Positions 1 through 9,372 of a stretch of DNA of 20,000 nucleotides are shown one piece after another. The translations under genes and the position numbers were made by a program. The stretch comes from Albugo candida (Eukaryota): assembly GCA_040437565.1 (NCBI GenBank), contig JBDOQK010000062.1:179985-199984 (forward strand), written 5' to 3'. The notes below the pieces were generated by a model. That model saw only the letters and a list, made by a program, of their open reading frames with translations, did no database searches and had not been told where the DNA came from. Position 1 is the first letter of the stretch. Every line of letters begins with the position of its first letter.

Positions 1-51
1 TATCCAACTTTAAGCATTTGTGGGATTTGACGAAAACCCTGAAACTTTTAG

Positions 52-299
52 GCATTTCAGCTTTTTGATGAGGACGGGAGTGGCAAAATCAACTTACGGG
101 TAAATATCATTAGTGATGTATGATTTTATTGTCATGCTTTGCAACAATGTAGAAAATGAGACGAGTAGCAAAAGAGCTTGGCGAAACATTAGACGATGAA
201 GAACTGCAAGCTATGATCGATGAATTTGACGAGAATCAAGATGGTGAAATAGATTTAGATGAATTTAGAGCGATTATGAAAGAATCTGATGACCTATGA
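52..299 (+). CDS. CETN3: Centrin/caltractin (centrin-3/Cdc31-like), 3' two exons (52-99, 153-299); 5' part lies outside the window
   Basis: Splicing out intron 100-152 (GTAAAT...TGTAG, 53 nt) gives [64 protein letters not shown]. This has two EF-hands and the centrin signature [15 protein letters not shown] is typical of the centrin-3 subgroup. Missed by the ORF track. Confidence 0.9.
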
Positions 300-748
300 T
301 TATTGGGGCGATGTTTACTCGGGATGCTGGCCTCATTCATAGTGTTTAAAAACACGTGCTGATTGACCTATACAAATTAAGAAACTCGCTACAAGTGCCT
401 TCTACCCATCACATAGATACATAAATCGACGGCTTGATTACATTCATGTGACAACGAGTACCAATCCAGGTGTCGATTGTTTGACTAAAAATGGCCGATG
501 AAAGGAATAGAATCCCACCTTTTTTTCCTCAATTCGCTGTATGCGTTTGCTACTCCTCGACTTAGTAGCCAGAACCATCCAGTGAAGGATCAGGTAGCTC
601 AACTTGAGCGAGTATATCCCATTTTTGCATCTTAAGCGTACCGACATACTGCTCCGTTCACCACATACGATTGATACCGATAATTTAATACTGACGTCAG
701 AGGGTTAGCAGCGTATAAACGATCCAATTGATCGAATACTCGCTTTTC

Positions 749-1032
749 ATTGGCCTTACCCTTCGTAAAGTAAAGGCGCATCTGATGTGCACCGATTTAC
801 GCGAGCAATTACTTCATAGTATTGGCAATGAGCTTGTATANNNNNNNNNNNNNNNNNNNNNNNNNNNNNNNNNNNNNNNNNNNNNNNNNNNNNNNNNNNN
901 NNNNNNNNNNNNNNNNNNNNNNNNNNNNNNNNNNNNNNNNATTGGCCTTACCCTTCGTAAAGTAAAGGCGCATCTGATGTGCACCGATTTACGCGAGAAA
1001 TTACCTCATAGTATTGGCAATGAGCTTGTATA
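749..1032. other. Scaffold gap (841-940, 100 N) with duplicated flanks 749-840 = 941-1032
   Basis: 92-bp direct duplication either side of the Ns, with 2 mismatches (806 C/998 A; 813 T/1005 C). Confidence 0.95.
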
Positions 1033-4000
1033 TAGATGCGAAAACGCCTATAATTCACGAAAACGCTTCAGAAAATCACAGAACAAGGTCCCATGAAACG
1101 CGGACGCACGAAATACACGCACAAGCTTCTGATCATTACGCCGCTACCGGATTGCAACAACGCGATACAGCGAGACGTCCGGTATACTCGCGAAGAAATG
1201 CGGTGCGATACAGAGAATCCAGTCCATTATCGAGTGATAACAATTTTGAGCTTTTGGGCAAAGAACCGCATGTTCAAAAATATCTCGTGGCGCGTTCGTA
1301 TCGACAAAATTCGTACTTTGCGACAAAGTTACATCATTTCTCAATCATTTTAACTACAATAATGGCCTGTGCAGTGTGCTTTTATTACCTTCATAACGAT
1401 AAAAGTATCGTGCTTAATCAAGAATGGCCTACTCAGCATGGATTTCGTCTTACTGATCCGAAGCGTTTCTACACTTTTCAAGCCACTGGATGCGAGAGTA
1501 TGATTGGATTTGCAGCATTGACCTATCACACATTTCCAGCCCTTCTCATTCTTGGACTTCCAGGCTCCGGGCTACGTCTATTTGAGCCATTTCATCGTCA
1601 GCAAGGATACCAGGAATCACGTACGCGAGTCAAACTCAAACGAAAACTCATGTTTCAAGTCTGTGAAATGGTTGGCGTGCTTGTTTTCCTCTTCAGCTTT
1701 GTCCTGTTTCTCTTTTTCTGGTACATGGTGTTTCGCCATGCTGCATTTTCATGCCCCATCCTCTCCGTTCATGTGTACTGTTTCCTGGCGTTTCTTTGCT
1801 TTATCGCCATTTTTGTGGAATTATGTCTTTTTGCCCGTTATCGCGAACATATCAAAATGACACTAGGGGCTTTCAAAGAGAGCGATCAAACCGGGAATGT
1901 TCGTCACTTATTCGGTAAAACCGAACGAAAAACTTCAACTTCAACTTCAACGCGCGCACTCATTCACGCATGTCGGAACCGCATTTTTCGAGCGACTCGC
2001 TCGGGTGATTCCGCCGAACTGGAACGTGCGATAGTATACGCGAAGGAACGGCTACCAGATTTTCCTTCGCGGTATTATGGTAACGTGGTCATTTACTTTA
2101 CATTCTTCAGTCTTTCAGAAAAAAATCCAATGCATATGGCAGCTTATAACGGACACGTGGAAGCTATGAAGTTGCTTCTTTCGTATGGTTTTGATGTTAA
2201 CGCGTTCGATAAATTCAGTCGCGTGCGATTTAGTACCGGCGATCTCTTTTGGTACTTTGCGCAGTTTTTTGTATCGAAACCGGTAGACGTCGAGCAAGAT
2301 CAAGCGGTATCGGTTTTAAAAAGCACATTGGTATCACCGTTACATTGTGCAGTAACTTCAGGGCAATCGGAAGCTGTTCGATGGCTTCTACAGCATGGAG
2401 CTGATGCCAACTTGGTTGCGGTATCTTCGTATCGGTCCGAGCGCGTACCTCCGATATTCCTGGCAGACCATCCGGAAATCGTTCGCATCCTTATTGAGCA
2501 TGGGGCTAATATATTAATGGTACCAGATCCGGGGCATATGAATACAGTGACTGTATTACAGATGGCGTATATGCGAAGCGATCGCGCAGTGGAACATGAG
2601 CTGGAAGAACATGGAGGAGATGTAGCTCTGACTCCGTTTCATGCTGCAGCAGCGTTGGATGATGTGGTAGCCGTACGAAAATTTATACGGGATGGAATTG
2701 ATGTGAATTGTCTCGGAGAGCAAGGATATCTTGGTATGAATCGACGGACACCGTTGCATTGGGCTGTGGTGAATAACGCGAAGAATGTGGTTGAGATTCT
2801 ATTGCATTCGAATGCAGATCCCAATTTTCAAGATGTGCGAGGACGGACACCGTTACATTGGGCTGCTCGTCTCAACCACGCGGAAATTATATCGTGTCTT
2901 CTGTCTTATGATGCAAATGTCAACATTGTCGATCAAGATGCGATGACTCCTCTTATTTGTGCTGCATTTGGGAGAAATGTTGGACGAGAATTATTCACAG
3001 ATCTGGTCAACAAGGGAGCTAATATCAACTATGCGTTACCGACTACGGGCGATACGGCTTTACATATTGCAATACGATGTGAAAATAAAAATACAGCATT
3101 GGCAATCTTAGCAAGTGGAGGAATGATTCTCACTCTGAACAGAGAAGGTGTGCGTCCAATTGACTGCACAACATCAACCAAGTTCCAGTATGAAGTCAAA
3201 CAAGCAGCAGGACATCGCGATGTGATGATAAGCTATACACATACTCACATTGAGTTTGCAAAGAAATTACGAAAGTCCCTTGAAGATAATCACGTCACAA
3301 CTTGGCTGGACTTGATGGATCCAAGCGGTATCGGTGGTGGAACTATATGGCGAGCAGAAATTGCTCGTGGGATCACGAATGCTGCTTTGGTGGTCTGCAT
3401 ACTGGCGGAAGACTACGCTGAATCAGACTGGTGCCTAAAAGAGCTGGCACTGGCAAAGCAAGTTGGTACTCCAATATTGGCTGTTTCGACTGAAAATGTC
3501 ACCATCGGTGAAGATCTACAGGTTTACTTATACACTCGCCAGATGATTCCATTTGAGCCAGCCATTATAGCTACCAAACGCAACATACTAAACAGTCGGC
3601 TAATCGAGTATGAATACGATGAGTTTCAGTACGCCAACCAATTCCGCTTGCTACTCGATGGTGTACGCGACGAAATTGAGAAGAATCGAAAGAATGTGTT
3701 GTGTCGGAATATGCGATTGCAACAAAACGCAAATAATTCGACTATCGTGACTATGATGCAGAACAGAATGCCTAACAAGGTACACGTAGATGCATCCATG
3801 GGTTCCAACCAATTTGTATTCATATCACATGGTGATAAGCATGCGCGCTTTGTTGACCGACTAAGTCGAGCACTCACCGAGAAGAAAGTGTTGTGTTATG
3901 TGGATCGATACGTGAGCAACATCTCGGAGAGTGGAGACGTAGCGGATCGCATTCACGCGGCAAAGGAGGCGATCTTGAAATGTTCTTGCTTTGTTGTCAT

Positions 4001-4361
4001 TCTATCGGATAGCACAGTCAACTGTGACTTCTTGACGGATCAGCTCGCGTTTGCTGAAGACAAAGCAAAACCGATTTTTCCAATCATTTTGAATAAGATC
4101 GAAGTTGGCTTGGACAAGAATTACACGTTGGCTCGCACGGAACTGTATCATTTCATTATGAATGGGCTTGGATTCAAATCAAGCTTACAAAACTTGTTAA
4201 CTGGATTGATGACGCACTACATTGCAGCAAATAGTCTCAACGACGACATTTCTGAGATCCTAGGCAAATCATATGCTACGCCAACTCTGATCGGAAACGG
4301 GTTCACGGAATCATATTCCATACTTGAAGAGCATTCGATTCTGGGCGCTTCGTCGGAGTGA
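1020..4361 (+). CDS. Multi-pass membrane protein with about 9 ankyrin repeats and two C-terminal TIR (TIR_2-like) domains, 1113 aa, intronless
   Basis: First ATG at 1020 (the ORF track starts at TTG 1014). Four hydrophobic segments at about 1338-1835. Ankyrin motifs such as NPMHMAAYNGHVEAMKLLLSYGFDVN, SPLHCAV, TPLHWAV, TPLHWAARLNHAEIISCLL and TALHIAI at about 2120-3170. TIR1 DVMISY...WCLKELALA...PILAV at about 3219-3554. TIR2 FVFISHG...FVVILS...FLTDQLAFA...PIFPII at about 3813-4160. Confidence 0.9.
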   Translation: MSLYIDAKTPIIHENASENHRTRSHETRTHEIHAQASDHYAATGLQQRDTARRPVYSRRNAVRYRESSPLSSDNNFELLGKEPHVQKYLVARSYRQNSYFATKLHHFSIILTTIMACAVCFYYLHNDKSIVLNQEWPTQHGFRLTDPKRFYTFQATGCESMIGFAALTYHTFPALLILGLPGSGLRLFEPFHRQQGYQESRTRVKLKRKLMFQVCEMVGVLVFLFSFVLFLFFWYMVFRHAAFSCPILSVHVYCFLAFLCFIAIFVELCLFARYREHIKMTLGAFKESDQTGNVRHLFGKTERKTSTSTSTRALIHACRNRIFRATRSGDSAELERAIVYAKERLPDFPSRYYGNVVIYFTFFSLSEKNPMHMAAYNGHVEAMKLLLSYGFDVNAFDKFSRVRFSTGDLFWYFAQFFVSKPVDVEQDQAVSVLKSTLVSPLHCAVTSGQSEAVRWLLQHGADANLVAVSSYRSERVPPIFLADHPEIVRILIEHGANILMVPDPGHMNTVTVLQMAYMRSDRAVEHELEEHGGDVALTPFHAAAALDDVVAVRKFIRDGIDVNCLGEQGYLGMNRRTPLHWAVVNNAKNVVEILLHSNADPNFQDVRGRTPLHWAARLNHAEIISCLLSYDANVNIVDQDAMTPLICAAFGRNVGRELFTDLVNKGANINYALPTTGDTALHIAIRCENKNTALAILASGGMILTLNREGVRPIDCTTSTKFQYEVKQAAGHRDVMISYTHTHIEFAKKLRKSLEDNHVTTWLDLMDPSGIGGGTIWRAEIARGITNAALVVCILAEDYAESDWCLKELALAKQVGTPILAVSTENVTIGEDLQVYLYTRQMIPFEPAIIATKRNILNSRLIEYEYDEFQYANQFRLLLDGVRDEIEKNRKNVLCRNMRLQQNANNSTIVTMMQNRMPNKVHVDASMGSNQFVFISHGDKHARFVDRLSRALTEKKVLCYVDRYVSNISESGDVADRIHAAKEAILKCSCFVVILSDSTVNCDFLTDQLAFAEDKAKPIFPIILNKIEVGLDKNYTLARTELYHFIMNGLGFKSSLQNLLTGLMTHYIAANSLNDDISEILGKSYATPTLIGNGFTESYSILEEHSILGASSE

Positions 4362-4416
4362 GAACAGAAGACCTACCTTGGAAATTCGGATCGCTGTGCG
4401 AAACAGGCTCTATCGT

Positions 4417-4890
4417 GCTTTGTGACGAAGTCGATCGCCGACTTTGCTGGGGTTTACGCCAAATAGTGATACATTCGACGATCATTCACACTACGCTGGA
4501 GATAATCTCGCTCAATGAGGCTTTCGATACGCAATTTGATTAGCTGAGGAGATGGTGTGAATCGTCCGGTCATTTGCCTCACAACTTCAGCAATCAAATG
4601 ACTNNNNNNNNNNNNNNNNNNNNNNNNNNNNNNNNNNNNNNNNNNNNNNNNNNNNNNNNNNNNNNNNNNNNNNNNNNNNNNNNNNNNNNNNNNNNNNNNN
4701 NNNGCTTTGTGACGAAGTCGATCGCCGACTTTGCTGGGGTTTACGCCAAATAGTGATACATTCGACGATCATTCACACTACGCTGGAGATAATCTCGCTC
4801 AATGAGGCTTTCGATACGCAATTTGATTAGCTGAGGAGATGGTGTGAATCGTCCGGTCATTTGCCTCACAACTTCAGCAATCAAATGACT
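4417..4890. other. Scaffold gap (4604-4703) with duplicated flanks 4417-4603 = 4704-4890; duplicates the CUL3 3' end and stop codon
   Basis: 187-bp apparently identical duplication. The CUL3 stop appears at both 4454-4456 and 4741-4743. Confidence 0.95.
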
Positions 4891-7463
4891 ATGTTCCATA
4901 TGTCTTCTTGCCTTCATCACTCGGACAATCACTGCTTCTACCGTACAAAAAAACACAATCAGCGGTTAAGAAAACAGGCAGAGTCAATGGATTGGCATCA
5001 AAATTCGAATCACTGAAAGGATATAAATGCTTTCGATCTTCAGCAACTGTTGCTGGAAGTTGAGTTTGATCAATTTGCTTCTCATCGCCACCGTAGACAG
5101 CATTCAGCATCAAAGATGTCTCTTTCTGCGAAATCAATGGAATACGGACACGATAGAGTTTGCTTTGATACTCTTCGTTCAATGTGAATACATCATCAAG
5201 ATCAATTCGCTTCCCTTTGGAGCTTTTTAACAAAATTCGAAACTTCGGGGTGCAAAGCGAAATCAAATGGCGTTTCAGCTCATGTTCGTGAATCTGCGTT
5301 TGCTCCAGAATCTGCTTGAACGACCAACATGTGTCCGAATTGAACATCAACAGAATATAAGCCTGATAGGTCGACACATTGAATTCATGGATTCTGTCTC
5401 CGTTGTTTCTCTGAAAGCGTGCTCGAATATCCACAGAGCCTAATTGAGTCGCCCACGTCAGCTTCCGGCCATTATGACGTGACACATAGAAGTTTTCAAA
5501 GCTTTCAATCAGTTGCTTTAGCTCAGCTGGCACATCTGAAATAGATGGAGGAGAAATCGGCCAGAAACCACTCGTAAGGATGTGAACATGGAGCTGTGCA
5601 GAAGTCGTATCCATATCGGCCGCTTTATCCGAAATTGGGCGTTTTGATTGTGCCTTACGATACATTCCCATGATATCTTTTGACACGTTGATGTCTTTAA
5701 ACATTCCCTCCAACTTGGAAGTGAATTGATATCCACATTCTTCTCTCAATTTGGTTATAACCATTCGTTCTGCTTCATCACTGGCGCCACGTTCCCTCAA
5801 CAATCGCCTGGCCAGAAGATTCTTATAATATTCTTCGAAAACGTCTTTATCTTGGAGATATCGAAACAATGCGATCACCTCACTCACTTGGTTCTTTAAT
5901 TCCTCTTCATATCGAGCTTTGGAACGTAATAACTCATCGAGGTAATGAGCCAAGTAGCCGGAGCAAATGCTGTTGATATTCAGAAACGCTTCANNNNNNN
6001 NNNNNNNNNNNNNNNNNNNNNNNNNNNNNNNNNNNNNNNNNNNNNNNNNNNNNNNNNNNNNNNNNNNNNNNNNNNNNNNNNNNNNNNNNNNNNGATTCTT
6101 ATAATATTCTTCGAAAACGTCTTTATCTTGGAGATATCGAAACAATGCGATCACCTCACACACTTGGTTCTTTAATTCCTCTTCATATCGAGCTTTGGAA
6201 CGCAATAACTCATCGAGGTAATGAGCCAAGTAGCCGGAGCAAATGCTGTTGATATTCAGAAACGCTTCAAAGCCTCGTTTGATACTTTTATGGAATTCTG
6301 GATCTTCTTGGAAACATCGTTGCCAGAAAGTGATAAATGGCTTTCGAAGATTCAAGATCTGGTCCACAAATTGTCTTGAATCTACAGCGGTTTCCGGCTT
6401 CAATTGAGCTTGGACGTACTGCTCTCCATTATGCTTTATGTAGCCATACACACTTTCGGTCATATTCTTTAGTGTCTGTGGAATTCGACGAAAGAGGAGG
6501 TACATCCGTCGCAACGAGTCCACGTTTCCATCACGGAACATGATCCAACACCCCGAATTGACTTGATCGGTCAGAAGTTTCGCCTGTTTCTCAATCAATT
6601 CCGTCTCGACAATCCTTTTCAGCTTGTGATCGGTTGTGGAGTTTAGATAGTAAGATACCCGGAGAGCTTCTTCTTGGATCCGTTGATCGGCTTTGATGAG
6701 ATACTCCCCACAAGGTGCATGATCCAAGTATCTCTGGGCTTCTTGGCGGTAGAACTCCAATGTCTCAGCAAGAAAGAATTTCTCGAACTCTTCTTCGTAC
6801 ACGCAGTTGGAATGGATTCCAAGCATGACCAACATACAAAGCGTGTTTTTCATTGAAGCTCGGTCAATCAGTTCACCGTGACGTTCACATGCAATATTCT
6901 TCAGCAGAAGTGATCGAAGCCGGCTTTGGATCCTTCCATTTCGAACAACAACTGCGAGAAAGATTAACAAAGAGCGCTGATAGATTGGAGTTTTTCGTTT
7001 TTGTGGCACGTAATTATGCTCCTACATTGACAAAATGTCATAAAATTGAAGAGTGTTGAGAACGCGTACCATATACATCAACACATCACGAATCATGGTG
7101 ATGATCACTTGGTAATCATTCCATTTCTGGTTCAGAAATGCCAGTAGATTTTCATTTGGAGTCAATGCGACCTCATCGGCCAACTCTTCGCACTGTTCTG
7201 TGATCACTTGGACAACTCCATTGTAAAGCAAGTCTCCGTGCTTTTGCAGAACAAGATGGTATGAAGACCTGTAACATCAATAATGAATTGCAAACTCTCT
7301 CCGTATCGTCTCCTTACCGAAAAAGTTCCTCAAAGGAAAGCTGACTCGCATTATGAGCGAAAATTTCACGCATTGCGCCCCGAAGAAACTCCCAAGTCTC
7401 TTGAGCGAGCGACGCGTCCATCCCCACTCGCTGGCGGTACGGTTTGATCACTAATTTTTTCAT
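4741..7463 (-). CDS. CUL3: Cullin-3; exons 7463-7318, 7268-7070, 7021-5025, 4942-4741; about 755 aa after collapsing the 276-nt gap artefact
   Basis: N-terminus TWEFLRGAMREIFAHNASQLSFEELFRSSYHLVLQKHG, MIRDVLMYM, FRYLQDKDVFEEYYKNLLARRLL, ECGYQFTSKLEGMFKD, and C-terminal IVRVMKARR...IESLIERDYLQR...YHYLA*. GT-AG introns 7317-7269 (49 nt) and 7069-7022 (48 nt) plus AT-AC intron 5024-4943 give a continuous frame. Confidence 0.95.
4943..5024 (-). other. U12-type (minor spliceosome) AT-AC intron, 82 nt, phase 2, in CUL3
   Basis: Minus strand: CAT TT|ATATCCTTT (5024-5016) ... TTTTCTTAAC branch site (4974-4965) ... TGTAC|G GTA GAA. Removal gives EDRKHLVEAVIVRVMKARR, colinear with the conserved cullin motif. 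Confidence 0.92.
5818..6269. other. Scaffold gap (5994-6093) with duplicated flanks 5818-5993 = 6094-6269, inside CUL3 exon 3
   Basis: 176-bp duplication with 2 mismatches: 5884 T/6160 A (Ser/Cys) and 5927 T/6203 C (synonymous Leu). Confidence 0.95.
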
Positions 7464-7570
7464 GATTGGTTTATTAATTGCACGCAAATTGCTTCCAAAA
7501 AGCGGCAATGGCTGAATGAATTCCTTGCGCACGAAGAAAGCGTACAGTAACGAACCGATTATTAAATAGT
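7464..7570. promoter_or_regulatory. 107-bp shared (bidirectional) promoter region between CUL3 (-) and MON1 (+)
   Basis: Start codons at 7463 (-) and 7571 (+) face away from each other. Weak Inr-like TCATTC on the minus strand near 7514-7519. Confidence 0.6.
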
Positions 7571-9275
7571 ATGGAAATTATTATATGCTCTCGATCTGGG
7601 AAGCCGATTTTTCAGTGTCAATTGCGTCAAAAGCAGCTATGCAACACGGCTACAGTGGATGGTGAATCAGTGGAGAGTCGCTACTCTTCCGCTGCATTCG
7701 TTTCTTCGATGCAAGGGCTTTTAGATTTTGTTTTTTGTACTCAAAAGCAGAAGCTACAAGTCATCGAGACAGAGACTTTTGTGGCTCGATTTATTACCAC
7801 AGATGAATTGAGCTTTGCAGTACTGCTCACAAAGAGATGTTTTGAGATCACGCTGACATGGTCATGCGTTGAGCGTTTATTTGATCTCCTACATGGCTTT
7901 ATTCAGCTCATTCTGACTCGAAAAGGCCTCGAAATTCTCAAAAGCAGCCCTGAGTACGATCTACGTAGTCTTCTGACCAACACAGAAAATATCATGGAGC
8001 GAATTGCCTATCTCTGGTTCACATCCATCACAGTGCGAGTGAAAAGTCTCGGATTTGAGAGTTTACGACTTGCGTCAAAGTTGCGATCACGCATCACAGA
8101 AGCACTGACGCCACGCCATTCATCGGCGGAGGAATCATTCCATTTCCTTTGTGGGCTACTACTCAGTGATGAGAAACTTGTTTGTATCGTACATCCACGA
8201 AAAGATCTTTTTCACATGAGTCTCGATGGTACTCAGCTTCTTTTACTGTGATCTTTAGCAATTAATTTGTTCTTGCGCTTTAGATCTGACGCTACTGGTC
8301 ACGTTCGTCTACCACAGCAAAAGCTTCCGAAATTCGGAATCATGGACACCTGTTTGCCTCCCATCTTTCAATCCAAAGTATGTCCCGCCTCCATCTACAC
8401 TCCCCATACGCTTTGAATCATGAGTGCTGAACTAGCGGATTCCTACACGCTTATGTATTCTTTTTCGACAAAGATACATCGCTTGTCTTATTGAGCAGTT
8501 GTCCCCTTCCATCGCAATTTCATGTTTTTCAGGCTGAGCGACACCGAATATCTTCTCTGTTGGATGAAATGGACGCATTCAAGGCTCTTGACAATTCCAT
8601 GCAAGAATATCAAACATGGTGGTTGCAAGAGCAAATGCGGCAGAATGGGTTGCTCCATTTTGTGTACAAAAACGAGCAAACCGGTGAATGTGTCGTATCG
8701 CCTTGGATGTCCCCCTTTGAGTCACTTGGTGAGACATTTAATATAACGCATCTCGATCGCTATACTAAACTCCACCAACGCATGGGTTTCAAAGAAGGTG
8801 CGCCACAAGAATTACAGAAAAGTCAATTGATCGGGAAAGCCGTTGGTTTGGATGCATCCAACGCACATTCCATGGTGTTGAATGATCCACATACGTTAGT
8901 TGTAGGCTTACAAAGTCAGGACAGTCGTGTGTACGCNNNNNNNNNNNNNNNNNNNNNNNNNNNNNNNNNNNNNNNNNNNNNNNNNNNNNNNNNNNNNNNN
9001 NNNNNNNNNNNNNNNNNNNNNNNNNNNNNNNNNNNNCACAAGAATTACAGAAAAGTCAATTGATCGGGAAAGCCGTTGGTTTGGATGCATCCAACGCACA
9101 TTTCATGGTGTTGAATGATCCACATACGTTAGTTGTAGGCTTACAAAGTCAGGACAGTCGTGTGTACGCGACATTCGATGCTCTGTACGACATCTCAGAT
9201 GCCGAGAATGTTTGTAAGGATCTTTGTCTTCGACTTAAGCAGGACATTATGTTGATGTCTGCCACATTAATTTAA
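7571..9275 (+). CDS. MON1: Vacuolar fusion protein Mon1/SAND (Rab7 GEF subunit); exons 7571-8228, 8284-8377, 8436-9275; about 452 aa after collapsing the gap
   Basis: IICSRSGKPIF, YDLRSLL, and the spliced hallmark SESWTPVCLPSFNPNGFLHAYV. GT-AG introns 8229-8283 (55 nt) and 8378-8435 (58 nt) keep the frame. Confidence 0.9.
8804..9169. other. Scaffold gap (8937-9036) with duplicated flanks 8804-8936 = 9037-9169, inside the last MON1 exon
   Basis: 133-bp duplication with 1 mismatch, 8870 C/9103 T (Ser/Phe). This explains the apparent frameshift between ORFs 8491-9063 and 9060-9275. Confidence 0.95.
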
Positions 9276-9372
9276 GAGAAGCATGTAATATCGATACACG
9301 TCGCGGAATGCCCCCGTGCCAAGATCGCCTCTTCTATCGCATTGTTTCGATACCCTAACCTGTGCTCGGAAT

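Noticed and set aside
728-1096. ORFs with internal repeats spanning gaps (728-1096, also 14080-14541)
   Set aside because: They have non-ATG starts, and the repeats come from the duplicated gap flanks.
2722-2729. Other U12 donor-like matches (ATATCCTT at 2729-2722 and GTATCCTT near 1610, minus strand)
   Set aside because: They are antisense within an uninterrupted long ORF, and no matching branch site or acceptor was seen.
4417-4603. Apparent second, truncated CUL3 3' end or tandem duplication
   Set aside because: It is an identical copy abutting a 100-N gap, the same pattern as the other four gaps, so it is an assembly overlap.
4889-5024. Programmed frameshift or pseudogene at the CUL3 C-terminus
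   Set aside because: Fully explained by the AT-AC intron.
8491-9275. Apparent frameshift or pseudogenisation of MON1
   Set aside because: It disappears when the 233-nt gap plus duplication is collapsed.
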